Of a stretch of 64,000 nucleotides of DNA, positions 10,483-23,700 are shown one piece after another (position 1 is the stretch's first letter; the number at the start of each line of letters is the position of its first letter). The translations under genes and the position numbers were made by a program. The notes under the pieces are model-generated. The model did no database searches. It had not been told where the DNA came from and was given only the letters and a program-made list of their open reading frames with translations. The DNA is taken from the NCBI GenBank assembly GCA_000165345.1, contig CM000434.1:384001-448000 (forward strand), given 5' to 3'.

Positions 10483-11124
10483 ATGTCATATTTATTTCAT
10501 GCAATTGGCCATGAATATTCTTATTTCGACAAAAAGAATTATTCTAAAGATGATTGGATAGCTAAAATTAGCAAATCTACAACTGTTTATGTTGGAAATC
10601 TTTCATTCTTTACGACGGAAGAGATAATTAGTGAAGTATTTGGTTTATGTGGGCCAATAAAAGCTATTTATTTGGGTTTGAACCATCAAACAATGCAGCC
10701 TTGCGGCTTCTGTTTTGTCCAGTACTATAGTCATGCTGACGCTTTAACTGCCGTAACATTCCTAAATCGTTCATATTGTGATGGCAGAGAAATACGTGTA
10801 GATTGGGATTCTGGAGAAGATATTTCAGGAAGTAGAAGGTATGGGCGCGGAAATTCAGGATTTCAATGGCGTGATGAGCTAAGAAATCAGATAGATCCCG
10901 ACCGTCAACTCGATGTAGTTGATACAAATAATCACTCTAAGAGTTATAAATTTTCTCATGGAAGTAATTCGAGCTTTCACAGAAGACATCCGGGAGGAAG
11001 AGGAAGGAATAGTCGTGGCACATTTAATATTTCACACTATAATAGACAAATTAAACATAAACATCAAGTATTTGATCAATTAAAGAATACCAACGGATCT
11101 CATGATAACTATCCTGATTATTAA
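10483..11124 (+). CDS. NCBP2: Nuclear cap-binding protein 20 kDa subunit (CBP20)
   Basis: STTVYVGNLSFFTTEEIISEVF...CGFCFVQYYSHADALTAV...DGREIRVDWDSG...RRYGRG is near-colinear with human CBP20 (TLYVGNLSFYTTEEQIYELF...CGFCFVEYYSRADAENAM...RIIRTDWDAG...RQYGRG). Confidence 0.9.
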   Translation: MSYLFHAIGHEYSYFDKKNYSKDDWIAKISKSTTVYVGNLSFFTTEEIISEVFGLCGPIKAIYLGLNHQTMQPCGFCFVQYYSHADALTAVTFLNRSYCDGREIRVDWDSGEDISGSRRYGRGNSGFQWRDELRNQIDPDRQLDVVDTNNHSKSYKFSHGSNSSFHRRHPGGRGRNSRGTFNISHYNRQIKHKHQVFDQLKNTNGSHDNYPDY

Positions 11125-11148
11125 TATATTTTTTACTAGATTGTTATT

Positions 11149-12906
11149 TTACACTAAATCTATCGGTTCTATTTCATCCATTCTCTCTCCATTCCTAATC
11201 AATAGTGTTTTTTTTTTATCAGGGGATTCTACTCTCAATTTATAAATTGAATTTCTTTTTAAGTTACACACTGTATCTACCTTGCATCTCGGGCAATATG
11301 GATTTAAGTAGCCATTTATGCTATATATACGTTCATTGCATGATTTGCATAACCAAGATTCTTTTATTGCGTTTTGGTTGAATATTATCGATTCTGGATG
11401 TTCATCTTTACAAATGAGATTTGCATTACCCTCTGTCCAAATACCGCATTTTTTACATCTTACTGCATTGCAAATTTTGACTGAATTGATATTTCTTTTA
11501 AGCTCAGTCGTTTTATCTGCATCTTCTAACTCCAATAGTTTTTTTCTAAGTTGATTAGACTCCAATTTTTGAATTGTGTCATCACAAGATGTATTTAGTG
11601 ACACAACTTGGTCAATCTTAGAAAAAATACTATTAAAGTTTGAGTTTTGTTTTCCACTATTCTGCTTCACACCTGTTAAACTTCCCAACAATAAATTTCT
11701 TTCTTTATTCTCTCCCTTTGAAATTTTATCTTCGAAAGATGAGATCTTTTTATACATATCTTTCCAGTTTACATCTAAATGGGCTTCTGGAACTCGAAAA
11801 TTTTCATTTTTTTCGGGTATTTCGATTTTTATCCTTGGCCAGTATCCTTTACTATTACAGAGCTTATGCCTAACTCTCAAGGCAAATATTGCAGTCTCAA
11901 TTTCCATGGTTTTTAGTTCTAGATTTGAAATGGAGTGAATAATTCCACTTTTTATTATGACATCAAGGGATGTGCTAAAAGTATCGAAGTTTGACAGATA
12001 TCTCAGAATGCTTAGTACTTCGCTATTATTATTTTCTTTAATTGCTTTATTTAACTTGCCATTAAGATCAAAAATTTCGCGTTTACTCGATGTATCTTCA
12101 TCAAGATCAGTCCAAACGCGTTTTAATTGACTAGTATTAGGATGCTCAAATCCATTAAGGTTGGATTTTACTAACCTTCTAAATTTCATCTTATTTTCTT
12201 TCGAAATATGTTTCAACAAATCTGTTCTTTTACTTTCTATTTCTCCATCGCATGAAGGCTTATTATCATTTTGCAAGGTTGAAGGATATACTAATCGATT
12301 TTCATTTGATTTTTTTTTTAGATTTTCTATTGTCTTGGAAGAAATATGATGTTTACATAATTGCCCTTGATAGTTGGAATCGATAGGATTTGTGCATAAT
12401 GTTCCATTTTTATTTACCCCTTTACAAATAGAGAATCCATTAACTTTACCTACTTTGATAATTTGACTTAATTTTGAAATGCTTAAATAACTTTTAAAAT
12501 TTTTCCCATCAGAAGTAATTATTGACGGGTTAATGATTAGATATAAATATCCAATCAATTCATTTTGAAATTGTTCGAATACTTCTCCGAAGAGATATAA
12601 CCTGCATTTGCTACCTTTTAGATCAGTGATATTCCATATAGTATATCTTTTATTAATTTCATCATTCGAGTAATTTAAATCATCTGAAATTGAATAAAAC
12701 ACGATAAATACGTAACTAAAATTAAAATTATCTTTAGAAGTTGTACTGATTTGATCTAATCCAGATAACTTTAACAAACTCCCATTTTCAATCAACTTTT
12801 TCAACCTAACTTTTGGAATTAAAATATTTTCTAGAAATAGAGATGAATTCTCTTCAAATATTCGAGTATTTTTTTTCAAATTTTTTTCAATTTCTTCCAT
12901 AAACAT
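11149..12906 (-). CDS. MCM10: Mcm10-like replication factor (OB-fold plus CCCH/CCCC zinc-finger regions), 585 aa
   Basis: Central ...FSICKGVNKNGTLCTNPIDSNYQGQLCKHHIS zinc motif following an OB-like segment. C-terminal CKKCGIWTEGN...CKDEH and CKSCNERIY...CPRCK zinc ribbons, as in eukaryotic Mcm10. Assignment from motif pattern only. Confidence 0.55.
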   Translation of the reverse strand: MFMEEIEKNLKKNTRIFEENSSLFLENILIPKVRLKKLIENGSLLKLSGLDQISTTSKDNFNFSYVFIVFYSISDDLNYSNDEINKRYTIWNITDLKGSKCRLYLFGEVFEQFQNELIGYLYLIINPSIITSDGKNFKSYLSISKLSQIIKVGKVNGFSICKGVNKNGTLCTNPIDSNYQGQLCKHHISSKTIENLKKKSNENRLVYPSTLQNDNKPSCDGEIESKRTDLLKHISKENKMKFRRLVKSNLNGFEHPNTSQLKRVWTDLDEDTSSKREIFDLNGKLNKAIKENNNSEVLSILRYLSNFDTFSTSLDVIIKSGIIHSISNLELKTMEIETAIFALRVRHKLCNSKGYWPRIKIEIPEKNENFRVPEAHLDVNWKDMYKKISSFEDKISKGENKERNLLLGSLTGVKQNSGKQNSNFNSIFSKIDQVVSLNTSCDDTIQKLESNQLRKKLLELEDADKTTELKRNINSVKICNAVRCKKCGIWTEGNANLICKDEHPESIIFNQNAIKESWLCKSCNERIYSINGYLNPYCPRCKVDTVCNLKRNSIYKLRVESPDKKKTLLIRNGERMDEIEPIDLV

Positions 12907-12928
12907 TCAGAATTCGCACAAAAAAAAA

Positions 12929-12938
12929 CATGTGGGGA
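12929..12938. promoter_or_regulatory. CATGTGGGGA motif in the Mcm10 upstream region (same decamer recurs at 58692-58701)
   Basis: Seen directly ~25 bp upstream of the Mcm10 ATG (12906, minus). Confidence 0.3.
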
Positions 12939-13246
12939 GAATTAAATAAGTAAAGTTTATAAAGAATTGAGCTTATGAACATTTATATTAATTTTTAAAA
13001 TAAATAATAAATATAAATATTTAATTTAACTGATGCATTTTTCTTATTAAAATTGAAATAAAGAGCTGTGTCCACATAAATAACTTCCACACGTATAATA
13101 TTTGGTAATGCCAATACAAAAAATATAAAGTGAGGAATAAAAAAATAATTTTGAATAGAATGTAAACATAGTTTTACGCAAGCATTTTTTTTTTTCATTT
13201 ATGAGGAGATAAATTAGGAAGTCTAATAATTGTTTTAATACAGCGA

Positions 13247-14092
13247 ATGCTATATAAAATGGATGAAGAATGTTTTAATGTACACTCTCCTGGAGTTTTT
13301 GAGGTTAGAAAGGCAGGGAAAAGTTTTAGGAAATCTGCTCCTGCTGTAGTTAGAGCGATACCAAGAGTAAATAAAAGATATGCTAAGCCACCTTTTTCTG
13401 TGGAACAATTGGAAAAAATATGTGCAGATTATATTCGTCCATATAGGCAGATTTATAGAAATGCTGTATTAACTTATACAGAGAGAAAAATAAAAAGTAA
13501 AAGGAAATGCGAGTTATTCAGAAAAGTCTTGTTGAACAGAGAAAATTTATATTTCAATAGTCTGAAAAAATGCGTAATTTTTGATACAGATTGGGCTAAA
13601 GAGAAACTTAAACAAGAAGAAAATAAAATAATATCATTGACAAATAATGAAACAAAATCTTTGATAGATATATATTTATTGAGATCAGTTGCAAATGAAA
13701 AGACAAATAAACAAAGAGAGCTTTTAGTAAAGCTCAAACAATTTTGGTCTGAATATCCAGAAAAACTTAACAAAAAAATCGAGTTTGAAAGAAATAAAGT
13801 ATTGGATATGATGAAATTAATTGGCGAGTCGAAGCTGAAGGGTGAACTAGTAATTGAAACGACCCAGGATATTTCAATAAATTCATCTCGACCGAATACA
13901 TTCACCAACAATGATAAGTTCTCTTTAGAACAACTAGAGCAAATTAGGCTGATGGCTACAGGATACGAGGTCACAACAGGAAAATTTTCAGTAATGATTA
14001 ATAATTTGACTCAAAGGATCGATCATATTCTAGGGGCAGAAAAAAGATTAAATAATGTTGCGAAAGCTTTAGTTTTGAACTCTGAAAAATAG
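13247..14092 (+). CDS. Hypothetical basic/coiled-coil protein, 281 aa
   Basis: Uninterrupted ORF with gene-like composition. No family recognised. Confidence 0.45.
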   Translation: MLYKMDEECFNVHSPGVFEVRKAGKSFRKSAPAVVRAIPRVNKRYAKPPFSVEQLEKICADYIRPYRQIYRNAVLTYTERKIKSKRKCELFRKVLLNRENLYFNSLKKCVIFDTDWAKEKLKQEENKIISLTNNETKSLIDIYLLRSVANEKTNKQRELLVKLKQFWSEYPEKLNKKIEFERNKVLDMMKLIGESKLKGELVIETTQDISINSSRPNTFTNNDKFSLEQLEQIRLMATGYEVTTGKFSVMINNLTQRIDHILGAEKRLNNVAKALVLNSEK

Positions 14093-14172
14093 ATGTAAAG
14101 AAATACATTTTAGCGCCATTAAATTCGTATTTTTCTCCATGAAACGTTGAATTACCGTGAGTCTTGATAAAA

Positions 14173-14709
14173 ATGAGTGCAAGGTTAAGTATTGAAGATG
14201 TAATTGAGAGGATGGAGGACGAAAAACTTCGCTTGCTACAAAATCAGTCTGTTACGAGATATGACCCTAATGTTAGAGGCCGACATTCTGTTGTTTGTAG
14301 GCATTGGATTAGAAATATGTGTATGAAGGGGGATTTTTGCGATTTTTTGCACCAATATAATTATGAGAGAATGCCACCATGCTTTATATATCAAAAGTAT
14401 GGCGTATGCGTGGATGAGGCACTAGGGAATTGCCCCTTCAAACACAAGGCAGATGACACACCACTTTGCGCGCAATATTTCCTTGGGTTTTGTAAATATG
14501 GGCCTAAGTGTAAAAGGCGTCATGAGCCAAAAGCAAGACACGAAATACCAGATTTTCTTCCCGACTCATTCCTATTATCTATAATACAGGACAAAAATTT
14601 AATACCTAAAATGGATCCAGAAACATCTTCCATCATCAAAGTATTAGATGACATTTGCAAAGAAAGCTATGCACAAGCTGTGTGCTCGGAAGTATCAAGT
14701 AATATTTAA
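14173..14709 (+). CDS. CPSF4: CPSF 30 kDa subunit (CPSF30/Yth1-like, tandem CCCH zinc fingers)
   Basis: VCRHWIRNMCMKGDFCDFLHQY...MPPCFIYQKYGVC...CPFKH...CAQYFLGFCKYGPKCKRRH parallels CPSF30 [22 protein letters not shown]...MPECYFYSKFGEC...CPFLH...CPWYDRGFCKHGPLCRHRH. ORF-track start 14164 is TTG; the first ATG is at 14173. Confidence 0.85.
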   Translation: MSARLSIEDVIERMEDEKLRLLQNQSVTRYDPNVRGRHSVVCRHWIRNMCMKGDFCDFLHQYNYERMPPCFIYQKYGVCVDEALGNCPFKHKADDTPLCAQYFLGFCKYGPKCKRRHEPKARHEIPDFLPDSFLLSIIQDKNLIPKMDPETSSIIKVLDDICKESYAQAVCSEVSSNI

Positions 14710-14796
14710 TAATCTCGCATTTACTATCTAATTTACTTAATTGATCGTTTTTGATCACTTTTTAGGGAATTTTGATCTAATTTTTTCAAAAATCAC

Positions 14797-17700
14797 TTAT
14801 AGCCACGGCATCCATGTTGGCTTCATGGCAGAAAGGTTTTTAGGATCCGTAGAACATTCTATCAGCTCAAGTACACTTCTGTCAATGAGTTGACTATTTT
14901 CATTGATTGGCCTAGGATTAGTTAATACTGCTATTTTCTCCATCATCCTGCGAACATTTCTATCTACTTTCTCCCTAATTTCAACGTTAGAAAGTAATCT
15001 TTGCTGCATTATCTGGGAAATTGTGTTCTGAGAATGGTCATTTGCTGTGTTGGGCGAGTTTATGACTGTTTGCGAACTATTATCAAAGTCCGATTCTACG
15101 GAAGGGTTATTTGGTTTTTGATATAAATTACGATTTTGAGGGATCTGTAAAGCTCTATGGACAGAAAATGCATGCAAATCGTCTCTAAGCAGGGAGCAGA
15201 GTAAATTTCTTACGTGAAACTCATATTTTTGTAGACATTGAGCAAATGCGAGCATAGTACCTGGAAGGATACCATTCTTACCGAAGGGACCCATTAAATG
15301 TTCCATATTTCTTGTTAACCTAAAAGGAACCTTTTCAGTTTTATCAATAAGCAGTGTGGATGAGACATAAGAGGATTTTAATTCTGATTGATAAACCTGC
15401 CCAGTATCCAACGAAATAAATAGTTTTCCGGGAGTAACATCATTTACACCTAGAATATATGAAAATATTGACAGTAAACCCAAGTGAGTAGTAAACTGTT
15501 TAGTGAATAAAAATGATTGGTCATGCGAGTTGAACTTTCTTAAAATACTTCTTTTAAAGATATTATCTGGGACCCAGTTATCACACAGCTCAGTATAAAT
15601 TTTTAGCATTTCCTTATCAAGTTGTGAATTATTTATATTATTCAACTTCCTGAGTGAGATATTGATAAGCTTTCTATGAAGTAATATCGGGAAGTCAAGG
15701 TCTTTTATTGGGCATGTACAGTTACTGCTATTCGCTTCCTCTTCAAAAAGTTCGGTAAAGCTCTTCTTATTTCCTGTATCTTCAATGATACGGCAACGTG
15801 GATGCAATGGTATACAAGGTTGTATTGCAAAAGAAATATTTCTGGACCTGGTTTCCTTATATTTATATAAAAGTGTATTTAGTGTAACTTGAAGATGAAG
15901 AATGCGTTCCTCAACCTTTTGTTGAAGCCCACTATATGGCTGAATTAAGAAGTGTATAGTACTTCCACTAGAAGTGATAAATCCTATTCTTTTCAGTGTG
16001 TATGATTGTCTTACAACCGTTTCAACTGTAGGCAATGATCTATGTAGGTATATAACACCACCAATCGGATTATTACTATTTGTGTTTTCTAAAACAGCAA
16101 AATTTCTTAAGTAGAGACTTTCAGAGACAATTCTCAAATATTGTCCAGGAACTTCCAAACGAATATTGATTCTATGGAATAGATCGCAGAGAGTAGTTGA
16201 GAAATCCGATAACAGAGACTTTCCTCTGATATTTTCATTTGAATACCTTTCTGTACATTTAGTAAAGTGATCTTTCCACTTCTTGAGCTTTTCCAAGACA
16301 TAGTCGAGTTTTAATTGTGAAACCCTTTCAATAGGAGGGTTTGTGTTATTACATAGATAAACATGAAAGTCATTTTTAAATTCGTTCCAATATTGTTTGA
16401 TAATGTTCTTAGATCTTTCGAAAGATTTATTATTCAAGGATGAAGACTTATTCAATAACTGCTCGTACCTTCTAATGATATTGTGTTCCAAAAAGTGTGT
16501 TCCTATATTTGGGAAAATGTCGGATGCTTTTGTATCACTCAAATTCGAATCTTGAACAATGATTGATTCATCATTAATGGGGGAGATTTCAATTGTCATT
16601 TGGAATAATGTACGTATTGCACATAAGAGTTCATCAAGTGGGTCAGGTTTACAGTGTAGTACAATGTCTTCAACCCAGTGTTCAAGAGCTAAAGTTAGTG
16701 CGCCGTGTCTAATTCTACAAGTATTCATCAGTGATTCAATTCTTTGCCATCCCAAAGAAATAAAACTTGGATAAATTCCAGAAGAAGGCGGAGGAGGAGG
16801 ACCCTGGCTTGTATTTTCAGTTTCAGAATTAGAGGATAAATACCAATACATGTGAGCCATTTCTCTTTTTTCAAGATAGCTACTTCTAATATTAAAATAA
16901 ATACTTTGTGGGAATATTAACACAATCTTGTTTAAAATATGCAAAATAGCACTTCCTTCAATTCTATCTATTCCAGCTATCAATTGAGGAATCCATGGAA
17001 GCCAAACAGCGCAAGGTAAATGATCCGAATATTTTTTAAATGCTAATGAGAGATATTTTCCATCAGGAGAGTCATGTGGCAATAACCAAAGTACCCTTGA
17101 AAGTAAAATAGAGTATTTATCTGGCCTTAAATATATTCCCATTAAGTAAGAGATTACTGCATTAACTGCATAACTCATGTTTTGGTGTATATATAATAGC
17201 CTATCAGTATATTGAGCCCAAGTGATCCATCCTCTTGCGAATAGTGGATATACCTTTAAAGAAGAAAGTAAGTCTGCATTAACACGAACAACTGAAGTAC
17301 TAATACCTGTAGCAGACGTATTATTTAAACCAGGGTGTCCTTGTTCTGAGTTTAATACATTGCTTCCTGTTACAGAGTTTGCATTATTTGGAATTTCGCC
17401 ATCAATATAATAATTAGGATATAATTTATTTGAAATAATCCCCTTTAACCTCAGAAATTCTGCCCTGTATTCATCAAAATAAGGTTCCGGGCATTTTTGG
17501 AAATCAGTCATATTAAGGATATTTAGGCCAGTTCTTAATTGAGTAGTATCAGATAAGCAAAGCTTAACTTTTTCCAAAGTCGCGAGAAATGTTTCTGCCC
17601 TATATGCATCTCCTCCTGAAACCTGTAAATGATTTTGTAATCTCTGTAGCAATGCAACCGAGACCTCTGGTAAACGATGGGATTTCCTCGCAATTGATGC

Positions 17701-20700
17701 GAATTTTATCATTGTCCAGGGCATATCCTGCAAATAACTTGGCCAAAGAGATTTTGCTTGAGAAGTTAAATGGTCTGACCTACTAATTAGATTCATAATG
17801 ATAGAGAAAACAAAGTTTCTCCATACAAAAAGATCGTTCCATAATATCATACTGTCCCACTTATTAGGCAATCTATCTCTCCATACATTCAACATTCTGG
17901 CCTCAAAATAACCTGGCGTTGAGTTGCTTGTATTCTGAAGGTTCGAATGTGAGTTAATATTTACATGGGAATTTGGATTCCCTGTATTAATTGATTGTGA
18001 GCTTTGAGCAAGATTATTTGCATTTGAGTGATGAATAATATAGTTTGAACCAAAATTTGCAGTATTCTGAACAATATTACCGTTTAAGGAGTGATTAATA
18101 TTGCTATTTGGACCATCTGGGTAAAGTTTTCTTTCTATATCTGATGAGAGTCTGAAGCCTTCTTGCAGCTCTATATATTGCTGGAAATTTAACAGTAGAG
18201 GAACATGACATGTAGTTACTACGCTTGGTAGCATAGCCCAAAAATTTAGCACAGTTCTATAGCCAATTGAACAGTGGCGTTCAAATTCGGCTAGTTTTGA
18301 TCTCGAACTATTTTGAATTATGCTTTGTGAAAACTGCTGGCAGTAAGCACCATTATTTAAGTTTTGACTATTTGTTGAATTATTTACTCGATTCTGGTTA
18401 CTTATATTAGTACTAGAGTTAGACAGCGATTCTTGAGTTCCCTTACTTTGCAAATTCCAATTGTTATTAATTCCTCCTAATAGCAAGTCATATAAAGAAT
18501 GATATGCTTGACATAACTTTGTAATAGGGTTATGCAGAATATACTTGTTGACTAGTTTCTCCACTAAAACCCAATCTTGTAGTTTTGATGAGCATTCCAA
18601 TTGAAGTTGAGGGTTTCTGCGCTCCTTAGCAAACTCGTTTAGGGTATTCCATTGATTTAGATGCTTTGCGCAAGCAACCCAACTATCTATCCAAATCATT
18701 GTTTCATTATTTAATAGTGATGAATCAGAGTTTTCAAAAATTCTTGCCCAATTTAGAATATTATGGCTACAATCTGCATTACTATTAGTAGCTTTAGAAC
18801 TTGAATTATATATTGCATCAAGGTTATTGTAAAATATTTCCTGTGCTTTACTCCACTCCGCCTGCTGCATTAGCGCTAATCCCATATGGGTTTCGAGACA
18901 ATTGGAAAATGACCTTCTAATGCCAATTACAATGTCTTCTTCTTGTAATTCCCCATAAATTTGTGCCAATATCATCCAAGAACTATCGGGTCCATCATCT
19001 TGAACTAAGTTATTTTTAAAATCATGATTACAATTCACTTTAGAAATAAAGTTATTTTCTTTCTTATTAATGTTTGCTTGGGAGTTACTCGTATTAATCT
19101 GGTTACTTAAATAGTTAGATGCAATATGCCAACATCTTAATTTCGTTGATAAATGCAAAAGCAAAGTTGCCGGTAAAATAGGTGGATTGTCACATGATAG
19201 TAGGGAATCAAGTATAACATGCGGTATTGTCCATTCAGAAGGCATTGCTGAACTCACTCTATGATGTCTTTCTTTAGAAAGCAATTCAATAATATCAAGC
19301 GTTAATTCATTTCTTTGTTGGTGCTCCAAGTTATTCCAAATCCACGGAAAAATAGTTTTCCAAAGAGAGATTGAAATGGATTCGCTTGTACTTGAGAAGA
19401 ACAATAAAGAGTCGATTGCTAAACCTGGATTCCGTTTCAGGTTCCCAATAACATCATCTAATAAATCGAATTTCACTTGCCCAGCTACAAAATTATTATG
19501 CTGTGGTCTGTTAATTAGCGAAGAATTAGATTGATCGCTACTTGAGCTGTCTAGTATGCAAATCAAAGATATATCACTACTAGTGCTCGCATTGTCATCT
19601 TCATAATTCTCTTTTAATTTTAAATTTTGTAGTTCCCACCATTCTAATTCTACTTCTGTTAAGTTAGTCTTAAAATCATTTGTCTTAAATGATTGATAGC
19701 TTTCATTTGAGGATTTATCTAATTTATTAATAATTTGTTGCTCTATTGAGGGAAGAATAGATGGGAATGCTCCCATTTTATTGCTGATGATTGAACTTTT
19801 TTCACTAAAAGTCATTGTAGGCATTAGCAATTCTAGAAATTGAGTTATATAGAATCTCTCTGCAAGCACATCAAAATTTGATGTTGTGAATAAATATCGA
19901 AGCCTACCGAACAAATCTTTTGGCAGCTTTTCATTAAACCATTTTAGAAATCCAAGTTTTATTTTTGGATGAGGCGAAGCCAAACCTAAAAGTGCGCATT
20001 TCTCAAGTTGAGTCAGTGCCTTTTCTGTAAAGACAAAGGTATTAGCTTGTTTAAGAACAATATTGTTAGAAGAGCCTTCGATTTTTGCTTTGAGATTTCC
20101 CTCATAATTTAAAATAATTTTCAGAATTTCATCCTCGTGATTATTTAGAATTTCCTCCAAAAACGAATGGTATATTAGATGCATTTCAAATCTACGATTT
20201 CTATCGCATATTAAAGACCATCCTGTCAAAAGCGTAATCACTAACTCGTATTTCAAAACTTTAATAGAAGTCTCATCAGTTTTGTTTTTGTAATCTAAAT
20301 TCGAATAGAATTTTAATATTTCATCTAAATTATACACTTTAATTCTTCTCTTTCCCTCAAAATCATTCTCGACCGATTCATTCGAATCAACTATCAAAGA
20401 GTTGCAAACAAACAAATTTGAACCTTCTTCTACCTCAATTTCTAGCTTCTCCGATAAATAACTATTGATATTCAACTGATGATTAAATATCCATCGTCCA
20501 AGAATACTCATTAATAGATGAACAATCCCACCTTGAAATGTTATCAATCCAAAATCTCTCAGTAGAACAATAATATGTTGTCTAAAAACATTGCTATTTA
20601 AGCTTTTCATTGTAAAATATGGTGAAATCAAAATTAGTTGAAACAAGTCCGCACAGTTATTTAGTATAGAAGTATTTGATCCATTCAAATGTTGTAGTGC

Positions 20701-23700
20701 ATTAGAGACCGTATGATTTAGATTTTGAGTGTTTGATCTTGAGGTTGAAATATTCGTGTTTTTATTAGCATTTGATATGTTTGATTTTCCGGATAAAGCG
20801 CTCGGCTGTAAGCTGTTTAAATTCTGCGAGTTAGAACTACTATAATAAGCGAGAGCCTTATCCAAAACATATATTATTAATGGAGAAAAGTATCTGAGAA
20901 ACATAACAGCAATTTCTGTTGTTTCTTCTTGAGATTTATGGACATCTTGTTCGTTCAAGGCAATACCCAAGACCATAAACGATGAAATAATTTTGATAGA
21001 AGTATGAAGCGAGATATTTCTTCCAGAACAATTCGTAGTTTGCTCTGAGTATTGTAGAAGATTCGAATTATCATTTGTTGTAGTCTGGTTATTTGATGTA
21101 ACTTTGGCTGGGAATAGTTCTGGTAACACCGATAATTCTTGATTTACTAGGGACCAAATACCAGAAGTTGAAATATCAATTAATCTAATATAGAATGAAT
21201 CTATTTTGTTATCTACTGTTAATTTTTTTGACAGAGGAACCTTGAAGTTGTCAACATAATTATAATCCAATTCTCTAGGCTGGCGATCACTATTTTGAAT
21301 ATTTTCTTCATTAGAATATATAAAATTTACAATTTTTGTTATAGAGTCTTTTAGTTGCGTCGAAGGATGAGGGATTATTTGAATTATCTTACAAATTAAC
21401 ACATATAGAGCTTCAGAGACATTCTTATCATTTGAAACAAAAGCAGGCTCAAGAATTTGTAGAATTGAATCTAATTGCATGATTATTGTGGCAGAGGTTT
21501 GATGGATGCAGAAAACCTGAAGCCCTGCGATAAGTGTCAATTGAAAAGCAATGAGGTTTGGCGAAATAGTTTGATGCTGACTGTTTAGCCCTTGGCTATT
21601 AGTACTCGGATTCTGTGAAATATTGGATCTGGTAGAGCTAGAAATCGATGATAAATGAGAATTATTACTTAAATTAAAACCTATATCCAACCAACTGATT
21701 TGTACTTTGCAATTTGGATAAATTAAAATAATTTTCGATATAGTGCTGAATGATTTTGAAACGATCTTGTGGTCACTACTAGATGCCAATAAAGCAAGCC
21801 TAAACCAAATTGTTATAACTAAATCAATAATTGAGACGGAAGATGTTTCATCTTCAATTTTTAATAATTCTGCAAGTTGCGGAATTGATGAAATATCAAT
21901 AGTTGCATTTGCAACATTTCTATATTCTTTACCAACTCCTGAACATATACTTTGGTTGTTTTTTTCATCTTTACTAATTGAATGGGATATCCTTCTTCTT
22001 TTTAATTCCAAGTTATCATCAGAATCGATACAATGACTCGAAACTCCTATATTCACTTCAGCATCAAAATTACACACCCAATTAGTGATTACAATTAATA
22101 TACCAAAAATCATTCTTTTCATTTCAGGTAGGAAGGGAATATTCAAAATATTATTTGAAGGGAATGCAGATTGACCAAAGTTGTTCGTCATACCAGAGTT
22201 GCTGCCTGCATAGGATGAACTTGTAGATTGAGAGCTATTTTGACCAACTGAACCAAACCCCCATAGTAATTTGGTTAAAGTTGATAAAACTGGAGAAAGA
22301 AGATAAATATATTCAAATGCAAATATATTAGGGCGAAGTGTGATAATATTCCAGTGATACAATTGTTGTTGTAAAGGCAAATTATAACTATCTTGAATTA
22401 GTATTGCAATCATCAACCTAAGCCAGTTAGAAAATAGCGTTTCAGGGGTTTTGTCTTTAATAAATAGTTTAGGAGGTGAAGGTATTAGAGAAAATAAGCT
22501 TTTATCACTTTCATTTTCTGGTGAAAAAATATTTAGTGTATCATCTTTGATGATCGGTTTGATATTGTGCAAAAGTGGAATAAATAAATTCAGAGCTCTT
22601 CGAACAGTAAGTCTAACTTCAGAAACTCCATAAAGCCTTGTAAGAGCTACCAACATTGAAAACAAAATCTTCTCTGGAAAAGGATATTTTTCTACAAAGT
22701 AACACATAGTAATGTAGCCCCAAGACTTGAGCAAAGAAGATTCAGTTCTCAAAATATTCCAAACATCCTTTATAAGTCTTTTTCTGTTATTGGATATTGT
22801 TTCTAGAGAGTATTTATTCTTCACAAGTAAAATAAGAAGTTTAAGTATCTCTATTTTAAGAGGATCATCTGTTGCAGAAAGTCCATTGGTTCCATGTAAT
22901 GGGATTACATTTCTTTCCAAACTTGGAAGTATTATTCTGGTTATTATACCTTCACAAATATAGTCATTTAACCATGAATCTTCACTATGACGAATTTTCT
23001 CATTGTTTCTATTGAATTCGTATTCTAACAGTGGAATCAGTATAAGCTGTATACATGCAATTTGAGTACCAGGTAGAATTGAAGATGTATCTATATTAGG
23101 TCCACTTGGATAATATCTTTGAATGAGTTGGTTAAAAAGTAAACGCTTTTCTTGATTTGAAAGAGTTTTTGGAACTGTACAAATAAGGAAATCGCGAAAA
23201 GCACCACTATCAAGAGTTGAACTTGTACCAAAAAGAGTAGCAATTGTCAAAATAACGTCAATCCTTCTTCTTTTCAAATGTTCTTTTACATCTTGCCCGT
23301 GAATAATTGTCGAGAGCAATGATATAATTAATTCTTTAGATGGGTAAATTGGTTGATTATTTAAGGTAGAGTTTGATGTTGAGCTAATTGAATTGTGAGA
23401 ATTATTTGCGTGCAAAGATGAATTCAAATTGTTATTAGAATTCTGTATATTCTGCCTCATCTGGTGTGAAGTAAACGAAAAGCTATTAGAAAATGTTTGA
23501 TCTTCAGTTAAATTTTGCCTCTGAAAAGATGAGGTAGAAGATTGAGAAAAGTTGGTAATCGATGAGGTATTTGAAGGAAGGCTAACTGCTGAATATAATA
23601 CACTTTTCATTGAATTCTGGACGGATAAAATATCGTTAATAATTTCGTCGCCCACCCTGTTACCATAGCATTTTTTTTCAAGGTATTCCTTATTTTGTAC

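Noticed and set aside
12995-13198. 67-aa minus-strand ORF in the Mcm10/13247 spacer
   Set aside because: Extremely AT-rich and low complexity (runs of I, F, Y, N). Lies in the bidirectional promoter region.
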